DNA of 64,000 nucleotides from an uncultured bacterium (lineage in GTDB: Bacteria > Cyanobacteriota > Cyanobacteriia > Cyanobacteriales > CAWCAG01), in assembly GCA_964633315.1 (NCBI GenBank), contig CAZWGS010000011.1:6879-70878 (forward strand). Reading direction: 5' to 3'. Under the pieces are notes generated by a model. The model was not told the origin of the DNA and did no database searches. It saw only the letters and a list, made by a program, of their open reading frames with translations. This document shows, in pieces, positions 38,888 to 47,538 of this stretch (the stretch's first letter is position 1; each line of letters starts with the position of its first letter). The position numbers and the translations under genes are program-made.

Positions 38888-39448
38888 ATGAACAGCATCA
38901 AACAACGTCTCACCTATCTACTGACAGGGATTATGTTGGTGAGCATCACTAGCTGTAGTCTTCCCTCTTCCACTAAAAATACTGCCATCGATTCGGTTGA
39001 TGAACCAACGACAATTACTGAATCGCTAACTACAGATCTCGATTTGGCTCAATCTTCTACAATACAGGAGCAAGAGCAAGACTCCTTTGCACAGCAAGAT
39101 AACACTACTGTAACTGTTTACCAGATTGATAATCAGTGCAATAGCTTGGTTCCCGAAAAAGTAGCTGTTTCCAAAACCAATACCATAGAAGCTGCAGTGG
39201 GTAAGGTATTAGACATGAGTAGCAGTTCCGATTTTGATGTTGCTGGCTATCGGATTAATGTTAATTCCAGTGGAGTTGCAACTGTGGATATGCGTTTAGC
39301 ACCCAACAGCAAACGTCAATTTGTTTCTCTCTCCAGTTGTGAACAGTTTGCGATTTTTGGTAGCCTACGCAAAACTTTAACAGAAAATTCTCAATGGCAA
39401 GTTAGAGATGTTGTCTTTACCGAACAAGGTCAAGAAATTTTTCTTTAG
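38888..39448 (+). CDS. Lipoprotein with a GerMN-like domain
   Basis: It has a lipobox ITSCS, a Ser/Thr/Gln-rich linker, and then VTVYQIDNQCNSLVPEKVAV......EAAVGKVL, which resembles GerMN domains. Confidence 0.5.
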   Translation: MNSIKQRLTYLLTGIMLVSITSCSLPSSTKNTAIDSVDEPTTITESLTTDLDLAQSSTIQEQEQDSFAQQDNTTVTVYQIDNQCNSLVPEKVAVSKTNTIEAAVGKVLDMSSSSDFDVAGYRINVNSSGVATVDMRLAPNSKRQFVSLSSCEQFAIFGSLRKTLTENSQWQVRDVVFTEQGQEIFL

Positions 39449-39482
39449 GTTGCTACTAAAGATTAAGCAATATGAAATTTTT

Positions 39483-39520
39483 GTTGGGGTTTAGCTTTTC
39501 TCAACCCCCAATTGTTTTTT
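39483..39520 (+). terminator. Rho-independent terminator after the GerMN-like gene
   Basis: The stem TTGGGG (39484-39489) / CCCCAA (39506-39511) is followed by TTGTTTTTT. Confidence 0.6.
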
Positions 39521-39742
39521 GCATTATGTTGCTTAATGTTAATCAAATTGTCAGGTTTGATCTCGATTATATGGGTCAAATAATAAGCTCAGAAGCCGCT
39601 TACAAGCCTCTTTAGGTACATTCGCTTTGGTTAAGCTCTTATTAAGTCTTCTTTCAGATTAATGCTAATCACTGTTGAGGTGAGCTTCAATATTATTAGT
39701 GCAGACTATGAAAATTCACCCATAATTATTAATTGATTTGAG

Positions 39743-40030
39743 ATGAAGCGACCCTCACAACTAACACGGCTAATTTGGGATTTTTATCGGGAAAATCAAA
39801 GAGAGTTGCGGCTACTCAAACTACTCCGGAAATGTAAAGTCTTCCGCAGGTGGGGAGTATTGCATATTAACTGTTGTAATCGAGAAGTTGCTGATACCCT
39901 CGTAGAAGCCCATAGCTTAATCGTTGAACCAGTTAATCAACTTAAATTAGCTCAAAGATTGAAGATCTCAGTTGATAAAAATCTGATCGCTTGCTTTGAA
40001 TTGAATTCTGGTCAACTTTTTCGCAACTAA
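39743..40030 (+). CDS. Hypothetical protein
   Basis: This rests on the ORF alone. I recognised no family. Confidence 0.35.
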   Translation: MKRPSQLTRLIWDFYRENQRELRLLKLLRKCKVFRRWGVLHINCCNREVADTLVEAHSLIVEPVNQLKLAQRLKISVDKNLIACFELNSGQLFRN

Positions 40031-40048
40031 CTTATAAATCAATACCTG

Positions 40049-40399
40049 TCAAAAGAAATCATCTGCTTTTTGCGTTAAACCATGCTGTGGAGAATAGTCA
40101 GGACAATCCACAGCTTTTTCTGTGTTAGCAATGCCAGGTTGTACTGTACACTTAAGGCGATAGTCATTGGTGAAGAAGCAGCAGCCTGTACAAGGGATTT
40201 CATGCATCTGCTTGGCTCTTAGGATGGTATCGAAGATAACGCTGCAAATACTCCACAGCAGCAATATTGCGAATAACCAAGCGAAGACAAAGCAAATGGG
40301 AGTCAGGAATGGCTGTATTGCGTGAATTAGGTAAGAAAGAAATACAAGCACAGCTCTATTTTGCAGTGAGAGCAAAACTTTTAATTGGGCAACTATCAT
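40049..40399 (-). CDS. Hypothetical membrane protein with a Cys-rich C-terminal tail
   Basis: It has two to three TM helices, then IPCTGCCFFTNDYRLKCTV....AVDCPDY. Confidence 0.45.
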   Translation of the reverse strand: MIVAQLKVLLSLQNRAVLVFLSYLIHAIQPFLTPICFVFAWLFAILLLWSICSVIFDTILRAKQMHEIPCTGCCFFTNDYRLKCTVQPGIANTEKAVDCPDYSPQHGLTQKADDFF

Positions 40400-40470
40400 G
40401 ATACCTAAAATGGCTTCAATAATTAGCCAATTAAAGATAAAGTTATCAATGTCGTCAACGAATCCTTTAC

Positions 40471-41241
40471 ATGACAGCTCAACAAGTTGTTCCTACCCTA
40501 AGTGCAACATCTATTCTCGAAGGTGTTAATGCTGTTAGTGTTAGTCAATTACCCTCGATTTGGCATAAGATTGAGTGTGGTGAAGCCCAAATAGGACATC
40601 CTAACCCTAAGTTTTTAGTTGCTTTAGCTCGATTATTCTTCACCAAAGCAACTGATCGCACTCCAGAAATTTTTCAACAAAGATTTGATTGCCAATCTCT
40701 TTATCAACAGGGAGCTTGGGATACTCTACAATTTTTCGGTGCCGATTATCTACTATCAGCCTATCCCAATTTAGAATTAGCCAAACAGACTGCTGTCGCA
40801 ACAGATGGTGTCCAGCGCGTTATTGCTTTTGTCGCTGATGTTTTTGCTGAATTTGGATACGAACTACCAGCATCTTTCTATCAGATGCTACTATGTCCCA
40901 TTGAGCGTGACTCCATCCTAGAATCGCGAGCAATGGCTTTTGATCCTCGTATGCAGGGTGTAAAACGTCCCTATGACGCTTGTCTCCACGCACTCAATGT
41001 GACGCGAATCATGATGGTAGTTCAAGATAAAGCTGCTGCTCATGGTCTATTATTGCAACATGGTTGTGGTTGCGATAGCCACTTAACCGACATTCAATCA
41101 TCTGTACGTGGTGCAACTGTACGTTATTCCTTTGAAGATCGCAACACTCGCCACAAAGCGATTACAGCTTATATTTGGCGCGTGTGGAATGAATATCTAC
41201 TCTTTCCCATGTCTATTCAGTCACAAACCCTTGCTCTCTAG
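40471..41241 (+). CDS. Hypothetical protein
   Basis: This is a clean 256-aa ORF. I recognised no family. Confidence 0.5.
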   Translation: MTAQQVVPTLSATSILEGVNAVSVSQLPSIWHKIECGEAQIGHPNPKFLVALARLFFTKATDRTPEIFQQRFDCQSLYQQGAWDTLQFFGADYLLSAYPNLELAKQTAVATDGVQRVIAFVADVFAEFGYELPASFYQMLLCPIERDSILESRAMAFDPRMQGVKRPYDACLHALNVTRIMMVVQDKAAAHGLLLQHGCGCDSHLTDIQSSVRGATVRYSFEDRNTRHKAITAYIWRVWNEYLLFPMSIQSQTLAL

Positions 41242-41325
41242 ATTAGACTTCTTGCTGGTAGTTTCCCAACTACCAGCAAAATATTGGCAAACAAAGACTT
41301 CTTTCCTTACTAGCTCATTTTCTCT

Positions 41326-44076
41326 TTACTCTGTACATAGAGCATCGCTATTCTCTTCAATATTCTCGAAATCTATGGAATCTGAAGTATCTCGTACTAC
41401 CTTAACTAATCGAGATTCTCTTTGAGGATCACCCGAAGCCCAGAAACGAAGTTCTTCCCCTGATGTTTCATAGCACGAAAGATTGACTTTAGTTAGATTT
41501 TCAAGAACTGTTGCTCGTGTAACATTTTCTGGATCGCTATTGGATATTGCCTCAATAAAAGCCTTAGTTGCATCATAAGCATATGCTGTGCGCCAGTTAA
41601 CTTGATCGTCTTTATCACCGTTATTCCATCTCTTTTTTGCGTCTTTTCCATAAATACTATTATCAGACCAAGCTACAGCTAAAATAAGGTTTTCAACTGC
41701 AACTCCACCATGTGACAAAGTCTCAAGATCATGCAATGCATCACCACCTAATAGTGGCAGCTTTTTAGATTCAGGAAGTTCGTTATTTGCCCTTGCGACA
41801 GCAATAGCAACAGAAGTTGTTTTCACACTAGGTAATAGTACTGCTGCTTGTACTTGATTTTCATCAACAGATTGCTCGATTATGTCTTTTATATCTATTT
41901 CAATATTTTTCAGGTTAATTTGTTGATCAGCATTGCCTCCTAAATTTGTAAATTCATCTTCAAAGGCTTGTTTCAGACTTTTACTGTAAATACTATCAGC
42001 ATCATAAAAAATTATCACTTTTTCAGTCTGTAAAGTATTTTTGGCATACTGAGCAAGCTTCTTACCTGCTAATTCATCTGAAGGAACAGTACGAAAGAAA
42101 ACTTCGCTGTGTAATTCGGTACTAGTACTAGTAGGAGAAATCATAGGAACTTCAACCTTTTCGTACTCTTTTAATGCCACTTCACTCATTTCACTAGATG
42201 TATGTCCAACTACCCCTAAAACTTCTGAACGCCTGGTTAAATCTTTGGCAATTTTCCGAGCTACTTGTTTATCGCTCATATCGTTATTAATAACAATTTC
42301 TAGCAGACGACCTTCGATACCATTTTTTTGATTGAATTTATCTTGTGCATCTGCCACACCTCGTAAAACGTTTTTAGTAGCATGTTCTTCGTAATCTACA
42401 GAAACCACTACAGCTAGCTTAAAGGGAGGATAATCTTGTTGACGAGCCCTCGCATTATTCAGATAAATTTTTGGTTCTGGGTCATTGGGAACAACATTTA
42501 CAGCTTCTTCAAACAGCGTCATTGATCTTTCATAGTTACCATTTTGGAAATCCTTAATTCCCTCATTGAGATCGTAGTTAGCACGGGAACTAAAGAGTCT
42601 TTTCTCTCCACTGCTCATTTCAATTTCTTTACAGGTATTGTTTAATCTGACAGAACCTCGTCCGCAAAAAACTGCACCATAGAACCATGATGTCGTAGCA
42701 ACTATGCCAAGAGTAATAGTAGTGAGGATAAAAACAGCAGTTAACTTCATTTTATTACTTTGTCTTTCTTTCTCTAGAGTTAATTGAGCTGAAGTTTCTT
42801 TCCTTTCCAATTCTTGACTAGCATTAAGAAACTGATAATCCTGACTTTTTAAAGTTTTATCCTCTGCCCACTCTAAAGCTTCCTTGAGTTTTTCTTCTTT
42901 CAGTAGCCATTTATCCTGACGATTAGATTCTAGCCAAGCCTCAATATATTCGGTATAAGGACAGAGTTTTTTCAGTTGTACATTTATCCACTCCTGGTCA
43001 AATATTTCTCCATAAATGCGATTGTAAACTCTCAATTTACCTTGTTGTTTGATGACTAAACCAGATAAACGTAACTTCATCTGTTCAGAACTGTCATTAG
43101 CAGAAATATATCCTTGTTGCAGAATTTGCTGATACAATCCCAGCAATCTACCTAGACATTTTTTGTTTTTTCTGAGGCGATCACGTATTGTCCTAAAATG
43201 CTCTGGATTATCCTGTGATTCCCAATTTTCTATTACTTTAGATCGTACTAACTCCTGTAACCATTCCGTTTCTTCTTCTGGTGGAATATTAGTATTAGTC
43301 TGAACAATAAGCTGACATATTTTTTGGGTTAGAAAAGGCTGTCCTCCAGTCCAAAATAAAACCTCTGCTAATACCTTTCGAGGATTACTTGTTTGATTTA
43401 CTAACCCTGCTGCTAACGGTTCAGCTTCATCTAATTTGAAACCAGAAGGTTCTATGGCTTTACCAATATTAAAAGGAGTACGTTTTTTGTCTTGAATGAA
43501 GTCTGATGGAGTAGCCACTCCTAATAAAGCAAAAGTAAGGCGATTATAGGCTGGATTATCCACTCGCTTATTGTAGCAAGCACGAATAAAAGCAAAGAAA
43601 TCATCAGAAAAAAATCCTAAACTAAGAACAGTCTCAACTTCATCAATGAATATGACTATATTTTGCTTTATTTCTACAAACACAATTTGCTCAAAAAACT
43701 CTCGCAAACGTTGCACAGCAGATAAATTTTCTCGCTCTTCCCACCATTTTCTTCGGGTCGAATATGTCAGTAATTCAAACTCACTTGCTAATTCATGAAA
43801 TATAGCCATGTACAAAGAAATTGAGTTTTCATGATCGCTACCAATTGTTGTGAAATCGATAGCAACACAAATTACTCCTTCTGCTTGCAATCTTTGCATT
43901 GTTTGCACACGCAAGCTAGATTTACCCATTTGGCGTGAGTTCAACACAAAACAAAAATCTCCTGCTTTGAGGTCTTGATATAAGTCTTCATCAGCTTTCC
44001 GTATCACATAACTTGGTGCATCAGCAGCGAGACTACCTCCAACTTGATAATGATATTTAGTCATATCTTGAACCAT
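41326..44076 (-). CDS. AAA_35-like P-loop NTPase fused via one TM helix to a type-1 periplasmic (Leu/Ile/Val-type) binding domain
   Basis: The N-terminus reads YQVGGSL...[11 protein letters not shown], with Walker [11 protein letters not shown] and Walker [11 protein letters not shown] linker ...[23 protein letters not shown] follows, then a TM helix [26 protein letters not shown]. The PBP1 strings are [22 protein letters not shown] and FRTVPSD. Confidence 0.8.
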   Translation of the reverse strand: MVQDMTKYHYQVGGSLAADAPSYVIRKADEDLYQDLKAGDFCFVLNSRQMGKSSLRVQTMQRLQAEGVICVAIDFTTIGSDHENSISLYMAIFHELASEFELLTYSTRRKWWEERENLSAVQRLREFFEQIVFVEIKQNIVIFIDEVETVLSLGFFSDDFFAFIRACYNKRVDNPAYNRLTFALLGVATPSDFIQDKKRTPFNIGKAIEPSGFKLDEAEPLAAGLVNQTSNPRKVLAEVLFWTGGQPFLTQKICQLIVQTNTNIPPEEETEWLQELVRSKVIENWESQDNPEHFRTIRDRLRKNKKCLGRLLGLYQQILQQGYISANDSSEQMKLRLSGLVIKQQGKLRVYNRIYGEIFDQEWINVQLKKLCPYTEYIEAWLESNRQDKWLLKEEKLKEALEWAEDKTLKSQDYQFLNASQELERKETSAQLTLEKERQSNKMKLTAVFILTTITLGIVATTSWFYGAVFCGRGSVRLNNTCKEIEMSSGEKRLFSSRANYDLNEGIKDFQNGNYERSMTLFEEAVNVVPNDPEPKIYLNNARARQQDYPPFKLAVVVSVDYEEHATKNVLRGVADAQDKFNQKNGIEGRLLEIVINNDMSDKQVARKIAKDLTRRSEVLGVVGHTSSEMSEVALKEYEKVEVPMISPTSTSTELHSEVFFRTVPSDELAGKKLAQYAKNTLQTEKVIIFYDADSIYSKSLKQAFEDEFTNLGGNADQQINLKNIEIDIKDIIEQSVDENQVQAAVLLPSVKTTSVAIAVARANNELPESKKLPLLGGDALHDLETLSHGGVAVENLILAVAWSDNSIYGKDAKKRWNNGDKDDQVNWRTAYAYDATKAFIEAISNSDPENVTRATVLENLTKVNLSCYETSGEELRFWASGDPQRESRLVKVVRDTSDSIDFENIEENSDALCTE

Positions 44077-44120
44077 CTTGCATCCCTTTTAAATTTGCTA
44101 AGTATCTGTTTAATTTTGAG

Positions 44121-45416
44121 TTAATAAGAAAGCCTTTCTTTAAAATATTTAGCATACAAATTACAGCGAGGCTTGACATTATTACCCTCAAAAACTGTCA
44201 GTCCCAAACTTTGTAACTTAAACGCTAAGGTTGTCTCTAATCGCACAGGTTCATGGGCTTGCACTACCTGTTTCATTGCTTCTAGTAATTCTGGATATTG
44301 TTGTAGATTCAACCAATGTACTCGTAGATGATGATTATAAATTCCTTCTTCTGTATCTGCTTTTTGCAGCATTTCTTCGAAGAAATTTTGCCTCATCTTC
44401 AGGTAACCGATGGCTTTTTGAACTAGACAAGGATGACCGCCAAGTAAGCAGATAATTTGTTGAACCTGTGAATCATCCCAAATTACTCCTTGTTGACTTG
44501 CCAAAGCCTGTATCTGCTCTGAAGTGAATTCAGGTAATTCGATTGGTACTCCAATATTAAACGGTGAATGATTTTTATCCAGTGGAATGTAAATATCTGT
44601 GGCATGAGCTAGAACAAGTCGTAGTTTTTGCCACAAAGGACGACTTTTTGCTTTTTCATGCCAGCCTCGCAACATTCCTAAGAAGTTATCTGCAAAAGAA
44701 GCATCGAAAATCCTGTCTACTTCATCCAAAGCTAAGACTAAGGGACTATTGATTTTAGGCAGTAGATGTTCCTTAAAATAAATATTACAGTTAGAGACGC
44801 TACTAGAATTATCCATCCAATAATTACTTAGTGCTTCTGATAATTCCAACTGTTGACTAATAACGGTACAAAACCAGCGTAAAAAATCATTTAATGAGCT
44901 AGACATTATCTCGCTTGCATCTTTTAGATCAAGAAATACAATTTGGTAATTTTTTTTTATTGCCTCCACTAGAATCCGGTCAACCAACAAACTTTTTCCC
45001 ATAGACTTAGGAGATTTAATTCGTAGCAGAGAACCGGGTTTAGAAATAGTTTCATAGCAGAGAGATTCAATAGGATATCTCTCAATATAATGTTCAAAGG
45101 TTTGAATTAATTGAGGTGGTGGGTTAGTCGGAGTTGTATAGCTTTCGGTCTTCTCAAAGTCAGCTATTTCTTTCCAGTTCAAACCCAATGCGTAACTAAG
45201 TTCTTGAAAATTGTGAATATTAACAGCTTTGCGATTGAGAAAGCGATTGACAGTGGATAAACATAGTCCTATCACATCTGCTAAATCTTGTTGACTGGCA
45301 AAACCATTTCGTATTACAGCCTGCCTAACACGTTCCTCATGTTGACGAGATATCTTGAGCGATCTTGCTAATCTTGACATAATTCCTTCAGAATCGATTT
45401 CGCCCAAATAATACAC
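44121..45416 (-). CDS. HTH-domain protein fused to an AAA_35-like P-loop NTPase
   Basis: The N-terminal HTH reads SQQDLADVIGLCLSTVNRFLNRK. Walker A is KSPKSMGKSLL and Walker B is LVLALDEVDRIF. The probable start is MSRLARS (45377). Confidence 0.75.
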   Translation of the reverse strand: MYYLGEIDSEGIMSRLARSLKISRQHEERVRQAVIRNGFASQQDLADVIGLCLSTVNRFLNRKAVNIHNFQELSYALGLNWKEIADFEKTESYTTPTNPPPQLIQTFEHYIERYPIESLCYETISKPGSLLRIKSPKSMGKSLLVDRILVEAIKKNYQIVFLDLKDASEIMSSSLNDFLRWFCTVISQQLELSEALSNYWMDNSSSVSNCNIYFKEHLLPKINSPLVLALDEVDRIFDASFADNFLGMLRGWHEKAKSRPLWQKLRLVLAHATDIYIPLDKNHSPFNIGVPIELPEFTSEQIQALASQQGVIWDDSQVQQIICLLGGHPCLVQKAIGYLKMRQNFFEEMLQKADTEEGIYNHHLRVHWLNLQQYPELLEAMKQVVQAHEPVRLETTLAFKLQSLGLTVFEGNNVKPRCNLYAKYFKERLSY

Positions 45417-45572
45417 CGCTTTTTCAGCTAACTAAGGCTACTCACGAATAAGTCACTCACGAGATAAAATTGTTATTAAGTGATGATAAACTTAGCCTGA
45501 TGTGATGTTGCACTGACTCTTTACTCAGTAAACGTCGTGATTTCATGGGATTGTTGAAAAGAAAATAGACCC

Positions 45573-46250
45573 ATGAATAACAAGCAAAAGCTAGGACACT
45601 CTTTCACTTTTAATCTAGCCCAAGAGCAAACTGAAGTAGAGCAGATTAAGTCACAAGATTTTTCCCATCACATTGTTCAAAAACCTGATTTTGACGTTTA
45701 TACCTGTCAGCTAACAGTAATGTTTTGCGATCTTGTGGGTTCAACTGCTCTCTCAGAACAATTAGCCCTTTGTGCTTATTGGAACATACTTCAACAATAC
45801 CAGGAACGTTGCAGTCTTATCATCCAAAATTGTCAAGGCTACATTTCTCAACCTTTAGGTGATGGATTGATGATCTATTTTGGCTTCCCTACTCTCCAAC
45901 AAGATGATGCAACTAGAGCAATACAAGCTGGCTTAGATGTATTATTGGCTATTGAACAACTCAACGTTTTTTTCAAAGAATGGGAAATTAACCTTGCAGT
46001 GCGAGTTGGAATTGCGACAGGAGAAGTATTAATGGCGCAAGTTCATTCTAGTGATAAATCTGAGTGGCTTGCGATTGGAGTAATACCAAATATTGCAGCT
46101 CGACTACAAAGTTTAGCCCCTTCTAACTCTATTGTTTTTTGTCCCAAAACTCATCAATTAGTGAGGGAATGTTTCGACTGTCAATCTTTGGGAGCAAAGA
46201 GTCTTAAAGGAATTTCCCAACCAATGGAAGTATATCAGGTATCCAGATAA
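45573..46250 (+). CDS. Stand-alone class III nucleotidyl (adenylate/guanylate-type) cyclase catalytic domain
   Basis: The metal-binding Asp residues lie in VMFCDLVGST and LGDGLMIYFGFP. The transition-state Asn/Arg lie in IGVIPNIAARLQSLA, and VRVGIATGEV is present. No other domain was seen. Confidence 0.85.
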   Translation: MNNKQKLGHSFTFNLAQEQTEVEQIKSQDFSHHIVQKPDFDVYTCQLTVMFCDLVGSTALSEQLALCAYWNILQQYQERCSLIIQNCQGYISQPLGDGLMIYFGFPTLQQDDATRAIQAGLDVLLAIEQLNVFFKEWEINLAVRVGIATGEVLMAQVHSSDKSEWLAIGVIPNIAARLQSLAPSNSIVFCPKTHQLVRECFDCQSLGAKSLKGISQPMEVYQVSR

Positions 46251-46448
46251 ACCAAAGTTCAACTGGTACACTTTTGCGATCTAACAGTTCACAAAAACTA
46301 ACGCTTAAAACCATTACTGTGACTGTTATACAGCCTTAGAGTAAGGTTGGGTACAATTGCTACTCGACTCCCCAATCTTACTCTTAAGGAACAAATCGCA
46401 CTTTGGTGTCTATCCTGGAGTAAAGCTACTTCCAGGATACTTTAGTTA

Positions 46449-47066
46449 ATGCCAATGCTAATTCCACACCAACTCAAATTACTTGGTTTAGTGAGCACAA
46501 CGATTCTAGTATGCTCCTTTGCCACTCCTCAATCAGAAATGAAGCTGCTACCAAATGCAGTAGTTTCAGCGCAAGAGGAAACAATAGATTCTGAGACTCA
46601 AACATGGCAAGAAATTACTTCCCTGGAAGGCAAATTTAGTGTCATGATGCCAGGAAATCCTTCTGTGGAGTCACCAGGAAATAACCAAGATTCTGCTCAA
46701 TTTTCCTTGCAAACCAAAGGAGGAGAAATTACTTATACAATAACCTACAATACCTTACCCAACCCTGAACGACAGTTAAGTGAGGAACAAGTTAACCTTC
46801 TACTTGATGCAAGTCAGCAAGTACTTATTGGTAATGGTAGATTGTTAGAGAAAATAGATCTCGAACTAGAAGACGATTATATAGCTAGAGAAGTGACAGG
46901 AGTGCGTCCAGAAGGCTCTTTTCAAGCCAGATTTTATTGGGTACATCCACGTCTTTATGTATTGTTAGTAGGAGTAAACACAGGAACCGAATTCCCGCAA
47001 CAGCAAGCACAGGCATTTCTTCGTTCCTTTAGACCCCTAGTAGAAGATAATATTGAGTCACCATAA
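46449..47066 (+). CDS. Hypothetical secreted protein
   Basis: It has an N-terminal hydrophobic signal-like segment (LKLLGLVSTTILVCSFA). I recognised no family. Confidence 0.5.
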   Translation: MPMLIPHQLKLLGLVSTTILVCSFATPQSEMKLLPNAVVSAQEETIDSETQTWQEITSLEGKFSVMMPGNPSVESPGNNQDSAQFSLQTKGGEITYTITYNTLPNPERQLSEEQVNLLLDASQQVLIGNGRLLEKIDLELEDDYIAREVTGVRPEGSFQARFYWVHPRLYVLLVGVNTGTEFPQQQAQAFLRSFRPLVEDNIESP

Positions 47067-47133
47067 TATTTTCCTGATGGCGTAGTCAACAGACTGAGAG
47101 GTGAGAATATACCACTGATAAGGTAAAGTCTCG

Positions 47134-47505
47134 ATGTTGAGTTGGTCAAGAATACGAGGTGTGCTGCTGGGAATTGTCCTTACCTTAGCTTGTCATCTCA
47201 TAGCGATTTCCACCGTTGTGTTAGTTTCTTCTCTCATTTACGGTATTCTCTACATTCACCTCAATCTACTACCGTTCAATGAACATGAAAACTTTTTCTA
47301 TGGTTTTTTGATAACAGCACTAGCAGTTTCTGGAGTTGGTCTCTATCAAGTTCTTTATATCCTACCCTTGAGGCGATGGTGTCGTCACCAAAGACACTAC
47401 GGATTACGTCAGGGAGTAGGAATTGCAGCTATTGTTACTACTGCGGTTAGTGTTTATGGTTTTATTTATGTACTTTGGTATTGGTATACTGCTTCCTTAC
47501 CTTAG
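47134..47505 (+). CDS. Hypothetical small 4-TM membrane protein
   Basis: Four hydrophobic helices fit into 123 aa, and it lies 67 nt after the preceding gene. Confidence 0.5.
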   Translation: MLSWSRIRGVLLGIVLTLACHLIAISTVVLVSSLIYGILYIHLNLLPFNEHENFFYGFLITALAVSGVGLYQVLYILPLRRWCRHQRHYGLRQGVGIAAIVTTAVSVYGFIYVLWYWYTASLP

Positions 47506-47538
47506 GGATTGTGCAACTTAATAGACCTCTGTGTAAGC

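Noticed and set aside
45573-47505. Pycsar-type defence system (small cyclase plus effector)
   Set aside because: Neither downstream protein shows a cyclic-nucleotide-binding domain or a TIR domain, which define the known Pycsar effectors. The resemblance is limited to a small stand-alone class III cyclase. I kept it only as a hypothesis under the broader locus finding.
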